Assembly (NCBI GenBank): GCA_012295275.1 | Contig: CM022679.1 | Span: forward strand, 2,356,001 to 2,420,000 | Direction: 5' to 3' | DNA length: 64,000 nt | Source: Chrysomallon squamiferum | Taxonomy: Eukaryota; Animalia; Mollusca | Shown here: piece by piece, positions 34,541-50,400 of the stretch | Position numbering within the stretch: position 1 is the first letter of the stretch | How the letters are laid out: each line of letters opens with the position of its first letter | Notes under the pieces: model-generated | What the model was told of the DNA's origin: nothing | Seen by the model: the letters and a program-made list of their open reading frames with translations, nothing else | Databases searched by the model: none | Made by a program: the position numbers and the translations under genes

Positions 34541-36304
34541 TAATAATAAATAAATAAATAAATAAACAACAAAGATATTTTCTATTACACCAATGACTGA
34601 TTTATTGAAGACCTTTCTAAGTATTTTCCTGTTAGTGAGAAGGCTCAGATTAATGTTTTATGATATGCACCATTGCACCAAACAGGTTTTAATTGAAATA
34701 TTTAAAAGTCATGAAAGCTGATATTCTTTGATTTTACTAAATACAGGTGTCACATTATTAAGAAATCTGATATTTCAATAATTTTCATATATATATAATT
34801 AAAACAAAAGAAAACAAAATATATTTCATAAAAAATAAAAATAAAAATAAAAATAAAAATAAAAATAAAAATAAAAATAAAAATAAAAATAAAAATAAAA
34901 TAAAGTCAGATGGAAATGAAATGAAATGAAATGGTAATTTATTTATTACTGAAGGCAATGTAAGGAATTAGATGACACTAAATCAGATGATGAAAATAAT
35001 TTTGGCAAGACTAATACAAACTCTTTTCTTATTTCACTGAAAAGAAATCTGATACAACTACACTAGTACAGGTTAGCCAGGAAATTCTTAAATCATTATT
35101 TAACCTTTTCATTTACTCATTTATATATCTGTTCATTTATTTCTTCATCCATCTTCAGTTACTTATTCATTCATTTCTAATATCATTCTGTATTTTGAAA
35201 CAAATGCATCTTAAAACAAAACCAGTCTATAGCAAGAAAAGATAACTCTAATTTGTTTGTGAAAATATTAATAGTTCCAGTTACTGTAAAATTAATAAAA
35301 TGGCTGTCACAGAATTAAAATAGTGTAATATAAGCAGTACTCCACACCTAATATAAGTTTCTTTTTAATTATTATTATTATTATTATTATTATTATTTAT
35401 TTGAAAATATTTTTATCTTCCTTCTTTTTTTACCTGATGAAACATCACTTTTATAACTATGTACATAAATATTTAGTTTTAAGTTAACATGTTTTACAGA
35501 ATAATTTCTTTAAAAGTAAATTCTATATGTTCAGTTCACATGGGATTTCGGATTTATTTTCTAAAAAGACTGGTTTGTGCTGACTTGCGTTTCATTTCAT
35601 GTTTATTCTTAGCTCTTTAGAAAATATCCCAGTGTGTTTTAAGTTAGTATTTAAAATAAGCAACAACTATGGTGTGTGTTGTAAAACTTGTTTTTGAATT
35701 AACAATGTTTGTAAATAAAACAGCTATCATCATATATACTCTATCTTAGTATATAAAACCTTCTCATTTGTGCTGTCTTAAAAATAAATATACAAATTAT
35801 AAAATTCAAATTTACACATTTTCCAGATAACCACACAGCTTGTAAAGAGTGTTTTAAGCTTGTTTTTACATGTTATTGCCACATAACAAACATGTATTGT
35901 AGATGTTCATTTTGTTTTTACCTAAAGCCTGGCTCTTTGAAAACATGGACTATCTTTCATTTGGAAGAGTCTGCTGATTGCTCTATTCTATCTGAAAAAT
36001 AAAAAAATTAAACAAAAACATTGGAGGAATAATAATATTCTATTTTAGAATAAAAAAAACCATGAGAAAACATATTTATCATGATGGTATTCAATTTAAC
36101 TTTTTTCAGAAACCATTTCCTTAATTAATAGTTATTATTACTTACTATATCTAGCCAAGTGATCAGCATTTTTATTAATGTCAAGGTTTGTGTTAAGGTA
36201 TAGTGACCTAATACAATATACTTTAAATATACATCCTCATTTCTGACTTTGAAGTTTAGTACTTTTGACCAAACACTTTTTAAATGTGGGAAATAGCAGG
36301 ACAT

Positions 36305-36505
36305 GTGACTGAAGCATGATAGGTATTAGGATCAATTCTTGTCAGGTCCTTAAATGCATTGTTTGTATACAGCTAGTGCTAAACTGTGACACATCAAAGA
36401 CATTGTTAAGTGCCATTAAAAGAAACCTGGTTGCTGATGTATAAAAGTAGCCCTCAGTGTGGTGGCAGTAAGTTTCTTTTAGATACTGGTTAAAAATTTA
36501 ATTAT
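36305..36505 (+). mobile_element. Highly degenerate SINE-like interspersed repeat copy
   Basis: Ordered motifs aggatcaat...cagctagtg...catcaaag...taaaaga...tggtggcagt.agtttc are shared in part with 8735-8950, 5858-5975 and 63550-63690 (+) and 55205-55345 and 4410-4510 (-). The family assignment is inference. Confidence 0.4.
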
Positions 36506-37025
36506 CATAATTAAAAAAAAAATTAAAAAAATGTAATAACTCCTCCCAATTATTTTTCTGGTAAATTATAGTCTGTGTAGTTCTGTATGTATTAAATGAT
36601 TAAGACTTGGTTTTTTCTCACTATACATTTGTTGATTCATATCAGAGTTTGTCATATGTATGTAAATTAAGTCATCATAGATTTCATGTTTATGAATACC
36701 GATTAAAAATAATAAAAAATAATGAAATAAAAAATATATGGAAAATAATAGTATAAAATATAAAGAAATGAGATGAGTTTACTTTTTTTCATTTAAAATG
36801 TGGATTCATGTAAAACTGTATGAAGAACCTAATCCAAAACAGACAGAAAGATGGACAGACAGACACACAGACACACACACATGGACACACACAGTTCTGC
36901 AAAAGCAGACATGGTAAGCAGAATATTGTGTTTTTTATTTATTGCATTAAAAATGATAAATGGGAGATACACATCAAATATTTAGCAGCAAAAAAATGTT
37001 TTAAGTGTAACGATAATGATGATGA

Positions 37026-37065
<40 letters not shown>

Positions 37066-37976
37066 AACAACAACAAAAATAACAATAATATATTAATACT
37101 TCTGATAAAATATACATAATTCAACAAACAACAAAATCATAACTTTTAATCTTATATTGTAAAATAATCTAAAAGAACACTATGTGAAATAAAGCTATAT
37201 ATGATAATTAAATAGATAAAGCAAGAATAAAAACATTAAAAACACATGCTGAAGCAAAGAATTTTAAAGGCTGATAAATATAAATATATATGCTGGTACA
37301 CAGATAAAAAAAGCAAAGAAACATAAAACTTAAAACAAAATATTTATTAGCAATTACAAACAGATTTATCCTAGTCATTTTGTAACATGATTATCATATA
37401 TTTCTTGACATGATCAAAATGGTATATTAATAATCTGTCAAGTTTTCACAATAGATCATTTATTTGCAGCCTATAATCAATATTAGTATAATATTTTAAA
37501 TATATATAATAAACAAGTGATAAACTGTATTAATAAAACCAAAAAGAAGCAAATAATGTAAGTAGTAACATTATAATAATGAAAATAAGAAACTGTTATC
37601 TATAATATATATATATTAAAAATTTAAAAAAAAATAAAATTAACTATTACTTCTGTTTATGAAAATCCTAGCCCTGTTTATCAGTCTGCCAGTCTGATAA
37701 ACAAAACAATCAAAATGTTTACAGAGACGATTCAATTTATGGTTCGTAAACATGAGTGAGAATGTTTACCAAGGTAATTCAGTTGTTCACAGTAAGTAAA
37801 CATGGTGATTACAAAGTTTACTGATTCTAAAGATAAACATGATGATAATGTTTACTGAAATGATTCAGTGTTGGTTAAAATCATTTTAAAACCCAACAAG
37901 CAAAATGTAATCAGATGAAATCACCAAACAGTGAATCTACATTTAACATTACAAGTATGTATTTTGTATTTTTATA

Positions 37977-38007
<31 letters not shown>

Positions 38008-40264
38008 CCTTTTTTACCTTTTTAAATTAAATAGAACTGACTAAAAAAACAATTTTAATTTGCCAGTATTGTTTTAATAATAAAAATACTGTTTTGCATT
38101 ACTTTCCACCATTCATCAGTGATGTCACCTGTCTTTAACCTGATTCACATAAATTCAGACATCTTTAAAAATAGTTTCTGAATTTGCTTGTCTTAGCACT
38201 GTGGAATCTATGACAGAGTGTGTGAAATTGAAGTTCAGAGCTAATAGGTTTATTCATTTTTGTCTGCAGCATGATTTGAAACTAAATTATAGAGATTTAT
38301 TTTTGTTCTGGTACCAAAAAACAACAAACCCCACCAAAGTATGAGCTAGAATCTTAAATCGAAAATTTCAGTTAAAAAGAATTTCTGATTACTTTTGACA
38401 TAACTCCAACCCATAATATTGGGTTGAAACAAGTTTCTGATGTTGTTTCTGTAGGCAATATTTGAGCAACTGATTCTATTTCACAACTGACTGGAAGATA
38501 TAACTTATATACATATTCTGTCTTTGAATTTCAGTTAAAAAACTAAAAACATTTTGTTGCTATCCAATATTTTTACAAACTCTGGTAATTTCTAATTTTT
38601 GTTTGACCATTTCTTTCAGTCGCTAGCATCATGACAGGTTTTCTTTTCTGAGGTTTGGCAAACGTTTAGAGTTCTCCATTATTAAAAAAACCCTCAAATA
38701 TTGTTTACTGAACTTTGCATTTATCAGGGCACACAGAAAGTTATTTCAAGAGTTCTTCCAGAGTAAAACTGCTGAGAAAAACTGTAATTTCATAATTCCT
38801 TTTTTTTTTAAATGTCTTTTCCAAACCCTCCCAAAGATAAAGAAGCCAGGTAACAATTTTAAAATACATTTATTAAATAAACATGTATACAATGAATAGT
38901 TTTAACTATAGGACTTTATATGACACCAGATTTTGATGATTTTATCTAAAAACAGCCACATCCAGTATTTGTTCAAAAAGGCCGACATCTCAAAACAGAA
39001 CAACTAAATATTTTCAATGAATAAAAAAATGAGAACATACCACAACATTTTCTTCTGCTGACTTCACATGCAAGTTCATAACTTTTTCAAGATATTAATA
39101 ATAGTTACTAAAACAATGTCAAGATTTAAAAATTAAAAATACATATACAGTTATTCAGAGTAACTTTGATAGCCAGGGGCTAAATTTTCTATATTAAATA
39201 AAAGGAGTTTTATAACAGACAGGCAATGGATTACAAAACAGATGAGAAACTTCATACTGGGAACATCTTTTATTTCTAGTACCATCATTATAAATTTTCT
39301 TACTTGTGTCAAGGTATTACTAAATAATAATACCTAAAAATATAATTATATTCCTTTTTCTGTTAATACCCTTAGTTCTTGAAGCAAAAGAACCCCACAC
39401 ATTTTTTGTTTATCTTGTTTTAAGAGGCAGTTTTCATAAATTATTTATTTTAAATTAATAATATGAGAACTTGGTTTTTAAAAATATCATGTCACGAAAA
39501 AAAAAATAATAATAAAATCTAAACAACAAAATAAAAAAATTATATTGAAATGTTTACAGTTGCAGACAATGATTTCTTGTTCTGTATTATAAATAATATA
39601 GTTACACACATGAAATAATATTTGTAATTATATATGCACACATATAATTATTTACTTTAAAAATGATAGATTATGGAATGATGGAATGATTAATAATTAG
39701 CAAATTAACTTCAAATTTTTTTTATAATTAAATTATTATTAGTTTATAAAATAATAAAATTTTCTTTTCACAAAAATTAAACTGGTTCCAATCTTGTATT
39801 AAATATATTTTTATTATGCAATTTCTGTGGATTATATAAAATAGATAAGTAAATAATAAAACACTAGATGTTAAATATTTTTTATTAATGTTACTAATGA
39901 TTTAAACGTTACATGATTTAAAATAAATATTAATGCTAAGAGTTAAAGATAAATATTTGAATATGTTTTATATTTAACATCAATGTGTCATGATTTTGAT
40001 GTTTTTCAAAAATTGACATTACAATAAATATCTTTGTGGAATTGCGTTTAAGTATAAACTGTTTGACAATCTTACAAACTAAATAATAACACATTCTCTT
40101 TAATTAATTTTCTTTAAACTGTTTTGTGACCCTATGAAAAAAAATGTGACACTAAATACATTTTGTAAATAATGATGTTATAGAGCACCAACCTTTGCTG
40201 ATAATAAAGTTGAACAATACTATAATAACCACAACTAATGATCACCATAACAGCACAACTGATC

Positions 40265-40373
<109 letters not shown>

Positions 40374-43300
40374 ATCAGCTGGATTAAACAAAACCTTTTT
40401 TGTTTGTTTTTTTTTTCAGCAGATACATTTTCACAAGTAAAATATAAAATAATGAATTGAAGTAACAGAATATGTTTTCAATTTTTATTTCTACCACTTA
40501 ACAAGCTGAATTGAAAGAAAAGAAAGATGAGGGTAATAGTGAAAAATGATTATGAATTTGTTAGGTTTATTTTTTAGGTTTTGAAAATATTTTGTTATTA
40601 ATTATTAAATTTTTAAAAATAAAAGTTCCAACATTTTGTAAATTTAATTTTTATCAGTATCTATTGCATATTGTCAGTTTTACTTTTACATGTGTTTAAT
40701 ATAATGTTAGTTGCTAACAGTATGTAAAGCATTTCATTATTTTTATAAATTCAGCCATATGTCATTTCTGAAAGAACAAAAAACACAAAATACTTTAATA
40801 GGTTAGAACTAACCAATGACTGTTCTTCATTACCCATCAATTCAGCTAATCAGAAACTCACACATACATCCTTGTCTGCACAATTACAGTGCAAACCTGG
40901 ATGAACCAAATTAAAACTGTAATTAATTATTTAATATTTGTAAAGATAACTAATTAAAAAATTATTTTGAGATTTAAATAAATGTGAGACAGAACAAGAC
41001 TGAAAGACAATGAGAACCCTGTTTATGATAACTGTCATATTAATGTAAAGTAATATTTCCCATTCCAAAAACTGCTCCAGAACTACTTTATCCTAATACC
41101 TAGTATTTGTTAGTTTTCCTGTCTATGGAAAGGTGAATATAAGCCATCTAATGCTGCTGATAAAAACAGTTCATGGAATGCTGCATTTTTTCTTGTATCA
41201 TTTTATAACACACATGTTTAACATTTATTTCAAATTGATATTAAAATATAGTGATCGTTTGTTAAATATTAATTTCTTCTTTAAATTTTACTGTTATTCA
41301 GAAAAGAGTAAAAGGAAAAAAAGAAAAATAACAGGCAATCAGAACTGTAGTATTTTAAAGTTAAAATAATTGTCTAAGTTAATTTGCTTTTATGTGGCAT
41401 CAAACATCCCATTGAACTCACATTATTTAACAAATATATATAGATATATATATATATATATATTTGTGTATCTTAAAGTTAAGTCTTATTCTGTACATTT
41501 TTATATATAAAAATTTACAGGATAAGACTTACACATATGTACATACACCAGAATGACTAGAAATGTAATTCTTGATAATTTTTAAATTATTGTATATATG
41601 TATTTATGTGTTTTATGTGTACTTGTGTATGTATGTTCCTATGTGTATGTGTATGTTTGTGTGTATATCTGTATGTACATATGTATGCATAAATAACACC
41701 AAGGCAGTATCTGTGTGTGCACATGCATGCACACTTGTTTAACTAGTGAAACTAGTTTGCAGTAATTCATGAAATAATGAATTTTCATGGTTAGTTTTAA
41801 ATTTAACTAATTTCTTTTGAGCCATTATCTAAATTTCTGATTAGTTACTTTAAAGCGTAACCTAAAAGCAGTGAGATCTGACAGAGGTTAGCAGAAAACA
41901 TAAACAAAAATGAATGATTTATGAAGAGTAAAACTGATAACAATTTGATAATGAAGAAATTTAAAGTGACAATCACAGTTCAGTGTTTTATATGTCAGTG
42001 GATCTAAACTGTGGTTAGTTTACTCACTTATTTAAATTTTTATTTTTATTTATTATTGTATTCAAGTTTCAGTTTAATTGTTTTATTTTTTATTTTTTTC
42101 TTCTTCTTCTTATTATTATTTCATTATTATTTTATTTATTTATTATGTTTTTAAATTTAAAAAAATCTAAAGTATGCCAGAATACCACTGCTCTATTAAT
42201 GTTTAGCAACAAAATCTACAAACTTTTTACACTCAATTTCTTTGTAGTGGCTTACTGTTACTAGTTTTTACAACAAAACAATGTTCAGTCAAACGCTTTT
42301 CATCAAGAAAACAATTGTCATAATTAGTTTTTGTTCTATTTCAGTAATTCTTTAATATTTAACTAATTAATTTTCTTTTCAAGGAAACTGTTCAGGTTTA
42401 TTTAACAACTGTAAATTTACTGAAGATAAAAAATTAACTGTCTAATTTCTTAACTGTTCCCCTGTTGATCCTGTTACATGTTTTACAGAATATTATTATT
42501 ATTTTTTTAAATGAGAAGAAGAAGAATATACAGATGTCTATAAATAGTGTAAATCATGAAAATAATGTGTTCATAAATTAATGCAAATGGCTGAGATGAA
42601 ATAAAAAATGTTAATCTGAGTAGCCTCCCTTTGAAATAACACTTTCCTAACAAAACTTATTAGTTTCACAATTAACTGGCCTGTATACAACTCTGTAGTT
42701 CAAAAATAGATTCTATTCTTATATCGACTGCCATATATGTTTTGATACCAGTCATCAAGTATTTTATAAACTATTGTAACATGAAAACCTGGCTCTGGTT
42801 TTAACTTTTAACTTACAAAGTATCTTTCAGTGCTAGGTTAACAAAAAATGGAGTTATTACCAGTGTGTAACACACATTTAGGAAAATAAAGTATTCATGT
42901 TTATCTTCTATTTTTATCAAATTTTAGTGCCAAGAATAACAAATTTTGTTTGTTTTCTTCAAACTATACAACAAAAAAAAGTCAGAAATAAATATGTTGT
43001 TTTATTAATGTGGACAAAGTTGACTTGAACCATGTCTTATTGAAGTAAAGAATCTGTTTCTTCAAATATCAAGATTACTCAAATATTTATCAGACTTTTA
43101 ACTGAATATTAACTTTGAATTAACATGAAGCAAAAAAACTGTTTTCTTATGGAATCCATTTCATATTAAATAAATCAGCTGCACATCACATTACATATAA
43201 TAAAAGCTCTGTTATACATTTAGACATTTGTAAAAATCAATTACAAAGCATTAATAGAACCCAAGTTAAAAAACAGTATTAATAAAAACTGAGATATATG

Positions 43301-44108
43301 TATAATAATAATATGTATAAAATAAATTTAAAAAATAACATGCAGTTTGTGCATTGGTCATTTAGCAACATGCAGTTTGTTATTTAGGAGGACAGAAACA
43401 AATTTTGTTTTAGATTTGATAAAAAAAATATTAGTATTAACTACTGTCTCAAGATGTCACTGTTTTAACATGATAACTTACAATACACTTATACTAAGTG
43501 ATCTTGGCTACAAGATGAACTGAAATATTCTGACTAATTAAACAATTTTCAAGAAGAATATGGGAAAACACCTTTAAGACAATAGTTTGTTTACAGAAAA
43601 AAAAAAGCAGAGAGGGTAAAAAAGCAATCTGACATGGTAGACAGAGAGAAAAAAACAACAACCTTTCATTAAAAATCTAAACAGTTGTTATGGTTTTTAA
43701 ATTAAAAATACAAAATTTTAATAAAATAGTAATCTGTGGTCAGTTTGAGTATGTTACTGATGGTTTACAAGATTGATATTGAGAGAAAATGTCACTTTGG
43801 CAGTTTACACAACAACTAAAGCAGACCTATTTATTGCATAAAAATTAAGATAAAAGTGAACAGATTTGTCTATTCACAACAAAGTTTGTTCTAAACTGTG
43901 TTTTGCACCTGGGTTGTTTAAAATGCCTTTTCACCTTGACAGCAGCACAAAAACATCATGCATTATGAGGCCAAGCAACCAACCAACCAACCAATCAATC
44001 AATCACAGAGACTCATTTCAACCAATCACAATCATCTTTAGTTCACAAAGGCAGAATGTGTCAGCCTATCACAGATTTGGTTACATTCTTTAGCTAGATT
44101 CCGACCAA

Positions 44109-45897
44109 TCACAGACGGGTTTCCTCTGTGGATTTGTTAATTGGTGGAGGAGGCGGGGGTGGTATAGGTCGCGAGGTCACCCTCATACTTTGAGAAGAAG
44201 CTGCAGCCTTTGGAAGACTGACAAAGTTAGCATGCGTGTCTGAGGGAAGCAAGTGGCTGGGTGGGGTCGGCCCCGCCTCCTGGTTTAAACTGTCCTGAGA
44301 AGAAGTCAAACTACCTGCACTGTTCCCGGCTCCCTGGCTGGCGCTGACGTTCACACTGGCACCCGTCGACAGCGATCGCTGGTGGGTGGGCGGAGGGATG
44401 CTGGGCCTGGCTGGTGGGGGGCCTGCAGGCCGGTCGGGTTTCTCGGGCTTGTCGGGCGGAGGGCCGGGCGGCCGGTCGTGGTGACAGTGGTGTGACTGAG
44501 GTTTCTCCGCGGGTCGCACGTGCTCGCCGGCCAGCTGCTCCTCACTGCTCGACTCCGTCGGAGAATCGGGCGTGGCCAGGGGAGCGTTGCGGGGCCACGT
44601 GGAGGACTGGTTGATGTTTGGCCGGTTGGCGAATGTTGCCGTGACCGCAACTGAGTAGGGTCGGTCGGGAGGAGGGGGCGGAGCCTGTTTTCTCGTCTGA
44701 CGTCGCATTATTTTGGGACTTACATGATCTTCCCTGAAAAATACAATTTTACTTCAAATTTGTTACACAGTTTATTATTTTAAATCTTCTACACTCATCT
44801 CTTAGCCTTAAGTAAACATAATCCATTACATTTCATTTATATTTGCTCTTTAAATTATGAAGAAAAACATTTCCTACAATTCTGTAAATTTACTTTAAAC
44901 AAAAAAATCAAAAGTCAAACACTAAACTTTTCACAAAAACACCACCAGTTTGGAGTAACAGCTAACTTGGGAAAGACTCAAACTAAAAGCACAAAGCAGG
45001 CGAGATCCAGAGACTGGATACACCTGATTCTGTTCTGTGTAAACAAATATCTACAACATCATCAACACCTTGGCACAATAGTTACCTTCTATATGCCAAT
45101 TATTTCATTAATTACAGGTGATCCCTTGCGGTTATTTTCTCAATTAAAGGTGTTGACATGTGATAATTTTCTTAATTACAGATGTTACCAGGCTATTTTC
45201 TTAATTACAGATGTTACCAGGCTATTTTCTTAATTCCAGGTGTTGAAATTTTAAAGTTTTAATTACAGGTGTCACATACTTGCAACTTTCAGCTGATGTG
45301 CTGGTCAGACTAGTGGATGATGCTGCTGTGTTGTCTAACACGGACTGCTGTGATGATGCTGACGTGGGTGATGTTGATGTGACCGAGACCTGGGAGGAGT
45401 TTGTACTGGGAGTGAGTGATATTTCAGGAATCTGGTTTTCAATTCGCTGCAGTGACGGACTGCCACCTGGTGGTGTGTGCTGCCCAACTTCGGCAAAATC
45501 AAATTCTGAAATAAACCAACATAATTGAACTCTCATTTACAGTAAAATAAAATAAAAATTTGAAAGAAAAAAAGGTATATATATAATAAAAAACAAACAA
45601 ATGAAGGTAAAAAGTAGAAAATACATGACACAACAATGATCTATAAATTACAGTAGGTAAATGATTTTGGAAAAAACAGAAAATATAATTTAAAATAAAA
45701 GAGTGTTAAAATAACTTTATTCTGTTAAATTAATTTGTTTCTTTACTTAGATCTTTACTTTAATCTTGTTTAATTTAAAATATTTTTTCAATGACTGATC
45801 CACATCTAGCAATGAAAAATAAATATTTACTTTTAATAAAATCTGGTTGAAATTTAATAAGCTATTACTCTTAAATAAATCTAATTTAAGACATATC

Positions 45898-45945
<48 letters not shown>

Positions 45946-47197
45946 CATTATTACTATTATTATTGGGCCTATTATTTATCTTATGATGATATTTACAAAT
46001 TCTATTTTATGCAGTTATTTAATTTTAGCGACGTAGTGAATTTGACATAAATCTTTATTAAAAATTGTGTTTATGTTATGAATAATTTAGTTTATCTAAA
46101 CACTAGTGTTCATTAGTACTTTTTATATATATATATCATTCATTACATACTGCCTACATTAAAAACATGCATAAACATGTGTATACAGAACACACATTTC
46201 ACCATACATTGTTGTTCACAACTAACATCAATGTTTGTGTTTGTTATTCAGGAAAGGAAACATTCAGAGCTTAGTCAGAGGTTTTCTCATCTGATCAAAC
46301 TGCTAAAACTTTGAACAAAGTGAAATTACACGACTACCATTCAGTTTTTAAACTTTAGTCGCTACCAGTTCAGGATCAGGCTATTGAAACAGTAGGCTGC
46401 ATGTCATCAAAATACATTTTACAGAAAGAAAAAAAAAACAACAACAAAATTTTAAAAATAGAAAACAAACCAAAATGAAACAAAAAAAAAGGTAAAACTA
46501 CCAAAACATGCACTGAGTATGGGTACATTTCAGTAATATGGAAGGAAAGTACATGTTCAAACTGCTGATGTAACATTCTAGTTTCTGAAAGTGATAAGAG
46601 AGAAACCGCATCTATGTCAAGAATGTGTGAAATTCTACACAGCACAGTTCACACAAAACACTAATACATATTCTATGTATGGTGAAGCAGGTTATATATT
46701 CAAAACAAATATTTAAAAATTAATTTCTGCATGCCTTATACTTTTTCAAATCGAGTTACATTTACAAAGGACTGACTGGTTATTGTTTCATTCAGTGGAA
46801 TAGCTGACAGCTGTTGAAACTGAAATGTCAGTGAAAAATAAACAGTAGAATACCTACCAGTATTTACTTTTTTTATAACTGACTGAGTTGTGTTCTGGTT
46901 GTAAATGATAACCCTCACACATTACATTAATACAAAATGCTTTGTGTATGATTTAAACTAATACACCATGCTCTATATATAATAAACTGAATTTTAAATT
47001 ATACAGAAAACCTGTACTGTATTAATAATCTAATAAACTGAATGTTTTTGTAACTATTCTGTATATATATATAAAAGTACACTGATATGTCAGACATAGT
47101 GTAGTATGACAACAGTACATTGATATGTCATTGATATATACTTGACATATTAGTGTACTTATCATACTTTAAATTTTGTACTACTAGCTGTCAAACC

Positions 47198-47269
<72 letters not shown>

Positions 47270-47356
47270 GAAAAAGAAGAACAAAAACATTTTAAAATTA
47301 AAGGATAAGTGAACAAATTATATATTATCTATAAAGAGAAGGCATGCAAAAAAAAA

Positions 47357-47408
<52 letters not shown>

Positions 47409-50400
47409 TAAAATAAAAATCATAATAATTAAAATAATTCAGTAAAGCTAAAAAAAAAATTTGATTATAAATTTCAGTAAGTTGTTAATATAAAAAACGC
47501 TGAAAGACTTTGACCTTTAATAAAGCAAAAATCAAAAGCATTAAAATTATTCTATTAAATTCACCACAAAAACTATGAAATATAATGAAAAAATATAGCT
47601 AAGCAACTACGAAATGAATCATTATAAAACTAACCATGAAAAGTAACTGAACAATTTAACTGTAGAAAGTCTGTCCAGCAGTGTAGCTATGAAAAACTTC
47701 TAGGCAATATAACTATGAAACATAACCAAGCAATATAACTATGAAATACAATATGCATGTAACTGTGAAACTTGACACTAAACTATAAACTTTAACTAGG
47801 CAGTATAAAAGTGAACAACTATAGCTATGTGACTAAGAGATTACATCTTGTCACTATAAAGGTAACTAAGCAATGTAACTATGAAATAAAACTATACAGC
47901 ATAACTATGAAATAAAACAATACAGTATAACTATGAAATGAAACTATGAAATAAAATCATGCAATGAACAAGGCAAAAAAGCTGATGATGAAATATGATG
48001 ATGAACTGATGATATATAAAACAGAAACTGTTTATAAAAAATAAAAATAATAATAAAGTATTTATAAAAAAAAATAAATAAATAAATGAAAAAGGCAGTA
48101 GAACTGTTTTATGATCTATATTAGTTTCAAAAGGTCATTTTTATTTTATTTTAATAACAAAATATCCAAAAACAAGTAAATATTTTGCACATTCAATTTT
48201 TTCAAAATGTTTTTCTGTTAAAAAAATTACATGACAGAAATAAAACATTAATATTAAAATTTATAAAGGTTATGACAAAACAATCATGGCTTCCATGAAC
48301 ATTGTGATCAAAAGTACTGACTGACTACACCATTAGACACTACACATTATAAAATACTGAACTTTTGTGAAACTTTTTGATTTAATTTAAGTAATTAAAG
48401 CTACATTGACTATCTGCATACACAACTTCAGTTTTTCATTTCAGAAAGTTCAGAGAAATGACTGAATGGAATTTCATGAAATATGAAACAATGCTAAAAA
48501 GAAAAGAAATCGGAGATTAAATATAACAGTGAAACTAAACACACGTGAAATTATTTTTAAATATTTGAATCATTGCCAGACATTTCTGTAACATTCCATT
48601 TTTATATTTTACAGGCTATATGTTAGTAATTTAACTGATCAAGCTATTGTTAAGGCTTTATTATTGTGCAATAATTGAACGTTCTTTTTGTTAATTATAT
48701 ATAAAAAGTAATAAAATAAAAGAGAGAGAGAGAGAGAAATAATGAAGGAAGAAAAAAGATGAGAATTTTTCTTTTAGAAACAAATTCTTGTTTAAAGCTT
48801 TAGTAAAACCAAGCAAGGATTTGTAAATTAACACAGAGATTAAATAAACACAGTTTCAAATTTCAAAATTAACATGTAGCACATATTGCAGTGAAAATAA
48901 AATCCAGTCGCATCCATGCTGAAAGTCCAGTGATCTGCGTCAAATCTTCACATGCTTTGTTTATTTCTTCAGTGTTGAATGCTACAATGATGTCAACATG
49001 CAAACTGCCAACACAGATGTTAAGCTGCAAACACAGCCCCAAGCAGAAAGAGTCAGAATGCCACTGGGAAGCAAGCAGAGGGAGGGAGTGAGACAGAATA
49101 ACCAGCAAGGTCACTACAAGGTCAAAATCTAGAAATTTAGTTAGTTAAAAAATCAAATCTCAAATTTTTAAAATTTGTCTATAAATATTAGTGAAATCCC
49201 CATTAGAGAAAAAAAAAAAGAAAAAAAAAAAAGTTAAAATAAAATAATAATATCAAGTAAAACTTCAAAAAAAAGAGTAAATAAATAAACAAATAAAAAC
49301 TCTTTTTTGGCAGAACGTGTTTTGAAGCTTTTAACTATTGTCTGACCTTGACCTTGACTTTTCTGCACAGTTGGAACTGGAATTTCCGCATCCCTACTGC
49401 TCTTTTCCGAATGGTTATTCTGTTCACTGTGGGGCTCTGTGTGAAACTGACCGTCCCACATAGCCCGGACTTTAGTCAGATAGTCATTCCACGAATGGTC
49501 GCCTAGCGACTGGAGGGCAAACACTGTAGAGTAGACGTCCGAGTGGAAACCTTTAGAGGCTGGCACAGACTTAGCATTGACATGATTTACATCTAGCAAA
49601 GTGCTGTTAGTAGACACACTACTCCAACCAACGTTATCTGGGCTAACCAAGGCAAACGTTCTTTCACCTTCCCCTGAAGACACAGAAGACCTGATTTTAA
49701 CTGTCCTGTCTTCTGCCATGAGATCGGGCGGAGTCATGCTCTGGCTGAGCTCCAGCAGTGTAGGAGACTCCCGATCCTTCTGCTGGCTTAGAGGAGCCAC
49801 CTTGTTGACCTTTTTCTCGGGGGTCACAGCCGCGCTGGGAGGAGCTGATGACGTTGTGGCTGCTGTGACATTAGTTAAAAGACTATTGTGAAATCCGGGC
49901 ATGTCGACGGAAGGCTGGGGTGCCGATCCACGTGATGTCATGTTAAAGTCAAAATCTGATCCATGAGAATGAAAAGCAGTGTTCAAAGTATGATTATGTT
50001 CAAAAAAAAAAAAAAAAAAAAAAATAAAATAAAATAAAAATAATATGTGTTTAAAAAATATCTAAAGTTAACAAAATTTGTTCATTTTACAAGAATAAAA
50101 CTTACAAAAATGACAAGTTGATTATTTTATTTTAAAACCTGTTTCTTTATCCAGTATCTTTTTCATTTCTTTCTTCACCCCAGCAAATAATTTAACTTAA
50201 GAAAAACCCATAAATACAAGTGATTATGCATAACTTTATTACTTCCACAGTGAAACACTGTACAAATTTTAATGGCTTTGGATTATTAATTTTTGTTAAA
50301 CTACAGGTACATATATTTTTTTAAATTAATTAATTTATTTTATTTTATTTTTTTTAAATATTTCCTATCATGGCATATCCTGAAACCAGTCTTAAAGTTT

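Noticed and set aside
45281-45285. Possible GC-AG donor (T|GCAAGT)
   Set aside because: Phase is incompatible with exon 44733; the GT donor at 45279 fits.
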